A DNA stretch of 60,250 bases, filler included, from Sphacelaria rigidula (Eukaryota), in NCBI GenBank assembly GCA_964200075.2. It is 6 parts of 6 records of this genome, joined end to end, with 100 filler letters (N's around TTAATTAATTAA, not from the genome) between each part and the next. Parts side by side here need not be neighbours in the genome. Positions count along the whole stretch, not along the records: positions 50,293 to 60,250 come from CAXNAA020007420.1; 5 more parts are not named here. One strand, written 5' to 3'. Each line of letters begins with the position of its first letter. Position 1 is the first letter of the stretch. The notes beneath the pieces are model-generated. The model did no database searches. It saw only the letters and a list, made by a program, of their open reading frames with translations, and had not been told where the DNA came from. Positions 51,148-60,250 of the stretch are shown piece by piece. The position numbers were made by a program, and so were the translations under genes.

Positions 51148-51450
51148 CTGCAGTGTCTGCCCCACGAACGGAAGTTTCCCATCAATATCCTCCAAGTTCT
51201 TCACCCCGTTCACGTCCTCCACCGTCCTGACAGGCTTCGCGATCACTGGTCCCGTCCCCTTTACTACATCAAACTCAACGCCCATCGCCGGCAAGGGCGT
51301 CAAAATGTCCGAAAACATGATGACCCCGTCCACGCCGAACGTGCGCCAGGGTTGCAGGGACAGCTCTATGGCGATTTCCGGTGTCTCCGAACGGTGTCGG
51401 AAGGGGTATTTTTCCGAGTACTTGCGAAACTCGGCCATGTACCTGCCGGC
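51148..51450 (-). CDS. hemE: Uroporphyrinogen decarboxylase, exon 2
   Basis: AGRYMAEFRK...LQPWRTFGVDGVIMFSDILTPLPAMG...GP; CAG acceptor and GTGCGC donor; 3' exons not identified in this contig. Confidence 0.95.
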
Positions 51451-52685
51451 CTGTGGTTTCGGTTTTTAAGCGTGGTGTGGCGGGTCGCCATGATTAGCAT
51501 TTTTCGGGACTTGGCCGGCCTCCGAGAAAAATAGCGGTCTCCGAGAAAAAATCAAGTTTGGCCAAGAAAAAAAAAGAACAGCCACCGGGAAAACGCACTG
51601 GCGTGCTGGGGGCGTCTCAACGAGTACAGCAAGGCATTCCAAGGTGTCGAAATCCGCCTAGTTCTAGAGAGATGGAACTCTTTTAGGGCGTAAAACGACG
51701 CAGAAGCTCCATGAAGACGATTTTCTATTTATTTGTCTTTGCTCGCCGTAAGAAGCGACCTCGGGCATATTTCCCTCCTGCCCGTGCACTCGTAAATATA
51801 AAAAATAGTTGAAGCCAGCTGGGAACGGAAATGTCATGGATCCATCAGATTGATTTTTTTCTTTTCCACCGCACTCTTTCGATCGAAAAAAATGTGCTAT
51901 GGCAGACCCTTTGTGTTTGTGACAACAGAAAAACTACCCGATGAGAATATGAGAATGCGAAATGGAATATGAAATGGTTGCCATGTGTAGGCTGGTCGCC
52001 ATCATCAGTCTCATATTCAGTATCTTCCTCAATTACTGTCTCGATAATACAGGGCCGAAGACAGGGTGTAATTCGTGAGCTGCAGCGGATGGAATTGATC
52101 AGGACTTCGTTGAGGGCGTACCATCAGAGATCGAGTTACATGTGTTCCCGTCTGTTGGTGATCATCACATGCATGATCGACTTCGTTGACGCCGTAATGA
52201 CTTGTGATGGTAGGGGTGTTACCTAAGGTGACCTTCAGGCATACTTGTTACTATCAAACACGAGCAATAATACACTGCACAAAATAGAGGAATGAATTCT
52301 GCAACGAGCATCACGATACATCATGAAGCACACTACTGATGCCGTTGTAAATGAGGGGAAGCCGCCACATTTCACGATTCCAAGTACAGCCCAGACAGCG
52401 AGACCGAAATGGAAGGAGAGTTCAGAGCTCGCGAGCAAGTCACTCATACAGTAGTAAGTAGTAGAGTGAGAGTCTCCCCCACGCGTTAAACCCCCAAAAC
52501 AATCAATCAATACAAACAACTGTTGTCATGTTCTTTTCATGCTCTGTACGAACAACACTCTTGCGTCTTACTCTCTTGTAACCTACAACAGTTACTCGTA
52601 GTAGAACCACCTGTGCAAGCGTGGACAGCTCCATACCATTTCATCAACAAACTAGATAAGTCCCGAACCAGCAACGAAAACGAAC

Positions 52686-52988
52686 CTGACGCATGAGCCA
52701 CACGGGTGATCGCTCGGCCGTTTCTCCCCTGGCTACGCGCAACAGAATGTCGTGCTCGCTGTCTACGGCCATGCATAGCTCTGCTGGGCGTCGCCTGCCT
52801 GCTGTCTGGGCAGTATTAGCTCGCCTGCGAGCGCCTGCTCTGAATGCTTGGGCATTGTTGCGCTGCTTCTTAGCCAAGCTAAGAACGCCTGAATTTTTCA
52901 CGAATGAATCTGTCGGAGAGATTCTTATCACAGCACTCAGGATAAAGACTGCGCATACCGCTAGCGACGTGTTGTTGTTGCAGTACAT
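52686..52988 (-). CDS. hemE: Uroporphyrinogen decarboxylase, exon 1 with bipartite plastid-targeting presequence
   Basis: Hydrophobic signal LAVCAVFILSAVI, TDS-FV (ASAF-like), R/A-rich transit peptide, then DILLRVARGETAERSPVWLMRQ|AGRY. Confidence 0.93.
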
Positions 52989-53441
52989 GATTCTGGCATT
53001 CGTTCTCTAGTGGCTTCCATCATGCTTGATATCATGCTATTTGAAAAATAGTAGAATGACCTAGAGAGAGTGCGGTACTCCCTGTTTACCGTTTCGCTCT
53101 TCGTCATTTTTTGGTGCGTTGTTCCTGTTCGCACACGTCCAAACGTCAGGTCTCTCTCCGCTATATTGGGGGGGGGGCTGAACTCCATCCGTCTTCCACT
53201 GCCTCTTCCCGCCTTCCCGGCCACATGAGAAGCTATCCCGAATCTTCCTATAAGAGTTTTTCTCACATGCATAAATATTATGTCCAAAAACATGTGATGA
53301 AATGGACCGGCAGTCTTACTGCACTCCGGTGGCGCATGCTGAATATGACCAAGCAAACAGTAGTAGGTGCCGACGCAGAAAATGGGTAGGCTTGAGATTC
53401 CTACGCACGGTCCTGCACAGACCACCGTATCGATTCCGCAG

Positions 53442-54600
53442 CATCGACTGCGCCTTGGAAGCCATGCCCGGCGCGGGCTATTGCGTGACCCGAACAGCGT
53501 TCGTTGTGCGCATGATGGCGGAGTATCAATTTGATTGCAGGTTGAAAATGGACGCACATTTGCGGTCTTTGTACGGGTGCTTCGAAGGTGCAGACTCGGA
53601 TGCCGTTGACTACCGCGACATTTTGTGCTGTATGACGTTCCTTCGGCGGTACAAAGAGGCGCGAGAGAACCCCAGTAAGCTATTCAAGGATCTTGTGCTC
53701 GCGTATGCCGATGATCGAGAAACAGGTACGCTAGTGCGAAGAGGAGACGTGCTAAGGGTGTGTAGGATGGGAGCAGTCGACGAGATCGAAGTGTGGCAAA
53801 CAAGCTTCCGTTTAGACCGATACCTTGCCGAAGAAGCACACACGAAGGGCCTGAAGCGCACATTTCGCGACGTTCCTCTCGCTCTTTTAGCAGAGGTCAT
53901 GGAGAGCAATCCGTCGGTGATGGCCGCATTCCGGAAACAGCTGTGGCAACGTCTGCCGGATTCATGGAGGTTGGGTGTACTTGCTGGAGCAGAGGAATTG
54001 GGGATGGAGAAAGCAACGTCGGGTGCCCTCACCATGAAGCAAAGGCGGGCGGCAAGATGGTACGCCAAAACGTTGTCGCGCCGCACTGTAGCAGGATGGA
54101 AGATCTTCACAAATAAGTCCAAGTTAATCAGAGTTCAGCGGGGGATAATTGAGAAAATCAGACGCAGAAATGCTATTCATACATGGCATGCTCATGTGGC
54201 TGGCACAGCGAAGCACCGAAATCAATGCCTCATTGCTCGCGCGAAAGGTCGCGTTGCAGTGCTCCGGCGCTATTTCAATCGTTTTGTGCGTTTTTTCGTG
54301 GCAAGCAAAAAACTCGAAGAAATGGCGTGGACGTTCAGCGAGCGAGGAAAACTGGTTATTGCGGGGGTGGGGCTACTGCGGGGGGTACTCCGCAAGCGAT
54401 CAATGCGTCTAGCGCTGCAGGCTTGGTGCGAGGCCGCTTCTCTCATGAACGCGTGGGAGTTCGCCGTGGATCTATCGGCGGAGCGACTGTGTCGCCGCAT
54501 GTTTAACGCTTATAGAGATATCGTAAAAGACTACGTGATGCAGCGGCAGCTCGAAGACGAGGCGGATAGGAGGGCTGCCGAAGTTGCTGAGGCGATCGAG
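53442..54600 (+). CDS. Large EF-hand / Sfi1-like-repeat / coiled-coil / WW protein, large exon (possible exon 1 at 53225-53385)
   Basis: EF-like FEGADSDAVDYRDIL; Trp-spaced basic helices (RRTVAGWKIF, NAIHTWHAH, RLALQAWCE); GTATGT donor at 54601. Confidence 0.75.
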
Positions 54601-54994
54601 GTATGTGCACGAAAATTGGCTTGTGGTGATGCACGATCTATACGACCGGTCTTGTTGTACCACAGTCCCAAGCGACACTGTGGTCATGGTGTTGGCAATA
54701 TAATGCGCAAAAAAGCACGTGCGAGGATCCCCCTGAGCGACAAACAGGTAGTGAGAAGATACAGTGAAGGGCATGGCACCGTGGAACAGGTCAACCGTTG
54801 TACGGGCGAAGGAAAACAGAGAGAGTGTGAGCAGCGTACGAAAGACGGGGGGGGAAAACGAGCCGTGACAACGGCCACATCCCAAACCCGGCGAACAAGA
54901 CAAAAGTAGCCGTGTTGCAGTACCAGTGCCTGCGCGCATACACCTATACTTCATCCGCCGTAGACCTGCACATCTTTGTTTGCTCTAAAATCAG

Positions 54995-55245
54995 CAAGCC
55001 GAGAAGGAAAGGCTTATGCTTGAAGAGGTAGCAGCACTCCGAACCAGAATGCAAAAAATGCAAGCCAAGAAAGCACTCATGGCTGAGCGCGCCGCGGCCC
55101 ACAAAGCGAAGCTGGACGCCGCACATGCCATTTCCGTCGCTCGAGACCGACGAATAGCGGAGCAGCAGAGAGAGGCCAGGAAGCGAAGGCTTTATGCGGA
55201 ACGCGTTAGTGTGAAGCAGCAGTTTGATTCGGAATGGGAGATCAA
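54995..55245 (+). CDS. Same gene, coiled-coil exon
   Basis: QAEKERLMLEEVAALRTRMQKMQAKK...EWEIK; CAG acceptor, GTGAGT donor. Confidence 0.75.
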
Positions 55246-55465
55246 GTGAGTCGTCAACTGACAATACGATAGCGACCTCGACAAGAAAGCAAAATGCTGT
55301 CAACAATGGTACCCATTGTACTGTCAACCAAGCCATCAAATGTGTTGTAAATGTGCGACCAACTGTCAGACACGGGCTGGCGTACAGTCGAAATCACCAA
55401 GCATCTGCGATGATGTCGTGTTGAAACACTCACCCCCGTTCTCCGGTCTATGCATCATGATCCAG

Positions 55466-55544
55466 ATCCAAGGAGCTAGTCGAGGCAGATATGAAGAGGT
55501 TCAAGGAGTGGATCGACTCTAAGGACAAGGAGGCGTCTGTCAAG
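55466..55544 (+). CDS. Same gene, short exon (3' end ambiguous)
   Basis: SKELVEADMKRFKEWIDSKDKEASVK; donor either GC (AAG|GCACGT) or GT at 55581. Confidence 0.55.
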
Positions 55545-55792
55545 GCACGTTCTTGGTTCATTAGGAGAAAACTGTTGTCGGTACGAATGGGACCAAATAT
55601 GAAACAAGTTCGACGGCGGGTATTTAGCACTTTCAGATTAAATGCGGCTGTTACGTTTAAAACCAACGGCGAAATGCCCACCGATTAACTGCGACAAGTG
55701 GACGCGGAAGGAGATGAAATGCTACTTCGGAATACTTTCAGCAGCGCCTGTGCATACCCACATACATCATTGATCCGCTATCGTAATATTAG

Positions 55793-55969
55793 GTGGGAAA
55801 AGAGTTTCAGATATTGAAGAGGAAGTTTTTTTCTGCACCATCGCCGGAGACTAAGGACGTGGAAAAAGCGCTCAGTGACCCGGCTAACGTCATATTTGCG
55901 GAAATGGCGCACCACCTCTGCACGAAGGATGTGGCACTGCACGATTTCTTCAAGGGCTTTGACAGAGAG
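55793..55969 (+). CDS. Same gene, exon leading into the EF-hand pair
   Basis: VGKEFQILKRKFF...LHDFFKGFDRE; TAG acceptor, GTATTC donor. Confidence 0.75.
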
Positions 55970-56907
55970 GTATTCGAATACATACACAGCAACCTTAGGC
56001 TGAGGTCTGGTAATACAGTTCTTCAGCTGGCATATGACCATAGAGTCATATTCGTGTTGGAAAAATACCCTGCAAGCAATTAGCCTATCCAATGTTGCAG
56101 GACCCATAGCTTACCTAGTCGCTACTACTGTTGATATAACGAATTTCTGCGTTAAGTTATTTTTTTATCCAGGAAGTCCGAGGCACTTCATCAAGCAACC
56201 AAGGAAGCTACGTGCAAGTTCAACAGAATTAGGGAAAATATGTGCTCAGAGGCATGCGCAATAGCACTATGTTGATAGGTATATCCAGGTCTAAACTGGC
56301 AGTAATCCAAGCTGCTCATTGTAGGGGCGTAAGGGGTGCTCTGCGACAGGAGCGCGGAGAGAGGCTGGGAAACAGCCATTGGAGGAATCCAGCCAATAAG
56401 TATATTGAAGGTGCAACGATTAAATACCATGCCGCCAACTCTTCAACTATGTGGCATCCACTTGAGTCTGTTTTGGTATCTCGTTCCCCATGCACGAATG
56501 ATCCGGTGATAAAGAGATTTCAAGATGCTTTGCAGATGAAGGCCTCACGCCTGGCACTACACTACAGTGGCAGCATAGAGTAGAGTATCCTGCTGATATT
56601 GTCCATCCGTGCTTCATCCACAGAGGCTATGCATGTAGCCCATGTGTGTGTATATATATATATATATTACAGAGGCTATGCATGTAGACCATGAATATAC
56701 TCACGCTACTGTTGACGATCACCTGCGCCCAAGCATTGGCCTTGATGTGATTCATGTGCGTGTTGTCATATAACGAGGCAGGGTGCAGTGCCCACACGAA
56801 TTTAGAAGTAGTACTCCATGTAGGCGAAGTTTTCGAACCCAAAACCGTCTGCAGTACTCACCAGGTCAGTTGTTGCCGATCCATCTGGCTTTTGTTTCTT
56901 GTTCTAG

Positions 56908-57072
56908 GGAGATGGCTACTTAACTCACGGTGACTTCAAAGAGATGGTCATCAGCCTGAAAGCTAAGCTCTCAGGGGAGCAGATCCGGTCCGTGATCCGC
57001 TCCATCGATCTGGACGGTGGCGGGTACATTGACTTCCCGGAGTTCGAAGCAGCAGTGAAACGACACGAGGAG
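56908..57072 (+). CDS. Same gene, EF-hand pair exon
   Basis: FDRE|GDGYLTHGDF and IDLDGGGYIDFPEF canonical loops. Confidence 0.85.
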
Positions 57073-57924
57073 GTGAGACTAATGCGAGTACACCCCTTGA
57101 GTAAGCGCTTATCCACCCGCCTGGCGTACGGTTCGGTTGCCCCTCATTGTTTCAATCGGTGAACGAAAAAAAGCGCCTGCCTGAAACATTTGATATGCAC
57201 TTCAGCCGTCTACTCACAGCCTGTTATGGTCCGCGTCGTAAGTATTCCGGTACCCCTGAATGTTGGGGGATTGCTGTTACAGGAAGCAAATCAGGGTGAT
57301 GGTGTTTATTCTCATGAGCGGAATTCTAAGAGGTTATGGTGGCAAAATGACCGCCCGCCCTCACAGAGGCCACGCCCTGTAGTTCTGTTGCGTCGGCGCA
57401 TCTCTATAATAAGTCGGGTGGAACGTTTCCTCGAGTGACTCTCCCTCTCGTTCTGCTGTGTCGGCTGGTGCACCACCAAATAATTGCAATACAAGAGAAA
57501 AGGCGAAGACGAGTCATGCGCTACAGTCGCCTGCGTAGTATTTGTTTGATTGAGTTTAGTGCGGTTGGCGTAACCCGTGCTTCAAGGTAAGATGCTCTGC
57601 TAAAGGACTCACGCGTTTTTTCTTGAAAATATGTTGTCCGGCATGCATTGCCCCCCTGTGCATTTTGATATAAATAAACAGTTAATAAAAACCGCGTAGC
57701 TTGAAAAATAGCTACACGTATGTCGTTAAAATATATATGTGTACCACACACATCGAGTATCTATTGTGTACCTCTGTACTCCAATCTTGCGTGGTTTACT
57801 GTGGGTATTGTGCGACTTGTGCACGTTCAACCATATTACCCAGACCCTCCCCCATATCCTGTAGAAATATCTCGTGAAAGTATAACGTCCAACCTCTTCC
57901 CAGTTTGGGTGATTTCCGGCCCAC

Positions 57925-58255
57925 GTGGCCGGTCGCCCCTGTGGCTCAGTTGGTAACCTCGGATCCCTCAGACGGCAGGGTCGTAGGTTCGAATCTCGGT
58001 GCGGTCGCACGATCTGGGATTTTTTTTCACATCATACCCGACAACGGAGAGCGACTACGTTGTGGATACACAAAATTCGAATTCATAGTCGAAGAGAGAA
58101 AGGGACTGCTGAATCCCTCTCGCGATAAAAGAGATAGCAAGTACCACAGAAGTAAGGTGGAGGACTAGAAGAAAGAAAAGAAAAGAAATCCCGTGTTGTC
58201 CTTTCTCCTGTATGACCCCGGCTGATGCACCCACGTATACCGAAAGGTGTAGACT
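57925..58255 (+). mobile_element. tRNA-derived SINE (intronic)
   Basis: A box TGGCTCAGTTGG, B box GGTTCGAATC, body shared with the 40814 copy. Confidence 0.85.
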
Positions 58256-59385
58256 TTTGTTTTTATCGCACTTTGAACCCCTTTCCTTCCTCGGGATGAG
58301 TCTCTGGTCTCAAGGGTTCAACCCATCTCTCCCCCGGTATACGCCTTGCATTTTGGTCTCGCGGTTTGGATCATGACCAACACTCCCGCACCGCGTCAAC
58401 TCACCGCAATCGAACCCAGTCGACTACTTTGTTTACTCATGTTCTCACGCTTTCCACGGTGGAAATCAGACATTACGAAGAACACCCTCAACGCATCGGG
58501 AATCGAGCCCTCGTTCTCTCCACCGTAATGGCGACAGTCGGACCATTACACCACCGGGGCGCGGCGGCAAGACTGGCGTTCAGAATAGATAGAATGGCGA
58601 CACAACACACACGTGTCCGAGATTCTTGTAACGGCTGCCTGCTGTGCACCTGTACGCAATCGATGTTTGCGTGTTGATTTATTCACTTCACGCCCCCCGA
58701 CTAACTTGCAGCACGGGTACGCCCCCCCCCCCGTTGTGAACTGGACGTGTTTTGCGTCAAGTACAACGACTGCAGTATGATGCGTTGAAAAAGGCTCGAC
58801 ACTCCGAAATCGGATAACATATTTCTGTGCTTGTCTCTGGATTGATATATTAGACACTCTATGACACAAATGGACATAACCTGAGCTGCCCCTCCTCTCC
58901 CCTGAGTCATGAAAAAAATGGCGTTAGCCATTTTCTGTTTTTTCTCAACCCGAAAAAGAGGTAAAGACACCACGACTTACCGAATATAAAAGCCTGGAAA
59001 CCGTTTCTCGGAGTACAATGATCATGCACCATGTGTGGATTGCGCGACTTATGACCAGAACCACATGCGTGCCTCCCCGGGAGATTGTAGACTTTATTTT
59101 ATTTTGCGACAACGCAGACCACCCCCTCTAACGTTGCACGCCCCCCTCTCTGTCTTTGTCAAAAAAATCTCATTATCGCCAGTCATTATTTTTTATTTTA
59201 TTTTTTTACCTGTACTTTTATAACCCTTACATAAAGCGTCGTGTTCAAGAGTTCCAGGTCATACTTCCCCGCCCTCTCCGTAATTCCTCCCCTCGTCGAT
59301 CTCGCGCGGCGTAATCAATCAATCAAGTCTGTCAACGCACTCAAGCTTGATTTTGTGGCATGGTTGTGACACTTAATGACGGCAG

Positions 59386-59612
59386 GTGTGCGGAGCTGCT
59401 GGTTCTGTGTGGAAGATGTACGTCAGCCCCGTTCACGCCGTCATGATCTTTCACAACGTGGAAACTGGGGAAGAGTTATGGGACTACAAGACTACGAATG
59501 ACGATCTGCTGCGAGTGGTGAAGGCAAACCTTGTGGGGACGGAGGGCATCGCATCTAAGCAGAGGGTAGCGGCTGAGCGAGAGCTTGCGTGGGAAAATCA
59601 CCAACGATCCAG
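59386..59612 (+). CDS. Same gene, WW-like exon
   Basis: WKMYVSPVHAVMIFHNVETGEELWD; CAG acceptor, phase 0 after KRHEE. Confidence 0.7.
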
Positions 59613-60250
59613 GTTAGAAGTTTCAAAGGTTGCTGTTCTTGTTGTCAGTCTTTGAACCCCCCAAGTTTCGAAGACCCTCAGATGGATTCTTAGTAAACCG
59701 CTGGAAAGATCCGAAAAATAACTCATTTGGTTATTAATAGACAGTTTACACAACTCAGTGAGTGGAACCCACGGAAATAATTCATGCTACAGTATGCTGT
59801 CATCGAAAGTGATACTCGCAATCAGAGAAGGGTTGCTCAGCTCCAGTGTCGGGGGTACCGGCCTTAAAGCGCGGGTCATGATACCGTTCCGAAAATAGGT
59901 CTGGCGCGGGAAAAGCCTGGATATCATTCCATACCCGTGATTGATTTTGATTATTTAGGGGCGCTGCTCAGCCCTCGCGACATATTGCCCGTTTGGTTTA
60001 GAGACTCGAGCGACATACCTAGGTGCATATAACGAAATCTTCACAAAGCCCTATCTGGTAGCACTCAAATGAAATCAGCGTAACCCGCCCCCCTTCCGTC
60101 TCGAAAGGGATGCGTAGACAACGGTCAAACGACTAAGGTAAGTAACCAATGAGCGCCCCCGCCCCTCCCCCTCCCCTCCCCCTCCCCCCCGGTCCGGCGA
60201 GAACCCGGCGCGCCCCCTCCCGGCCTTGTAGGGGCGGACCCCCCGAGGGG

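Noticed and set aside
57935-58008. tRNA gene
   Set aside because: Has A and B boxes but no convincing cloverleaf, and continues into a body shared with other dispersed copies, so it is a SINE head

Overview
Eukaryotic, intron-rich and transposon-rich DNA, most likely from a brown alga (Phaeophyceae, a stramenopile). This is inferred from a plastid-targeted UROD with a bipartite signal + F-motif presequence, tRNA-derived SINEs and (CTGTA)n microsatellites. The window is not one locus. It is six apparently unrelated, length-sorted contigs (1-9959, 10060-20018, 20119-30076, 30177-40134, 40235-50192, 50293-60250) joined by artificial 100-nt N44-TTAATTAATTAA-N44 linkers. Host genes reconstructed by manual splicing: a two-RRM, low-complexity RNA-binding protein (contig 2); a globin domain split over micro-exons and fused to a ~1,700-aa disordered tail (contig 3); a CDP-choline/ethanolamine phosphotransferase (contig 5); and plastid uroporphyrinogen decarboxylase head-to-head with a large EF-hand/Sfi1-like/WW protein (contig 6). 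Contig 4 holds a decayed ~6.7-kb TIR element whose remnant protein has an XPG/XRN-type nuclease plus a Cys-rich C-terminus, an AcademX-like architecture. The rest is a diverse set of MITEs, foldback elements and SINEs. The most notable items are the globin-IDR fusion, which the ORF track does not show, and the AcademX-like element. All calls are by eye; no searches were run.
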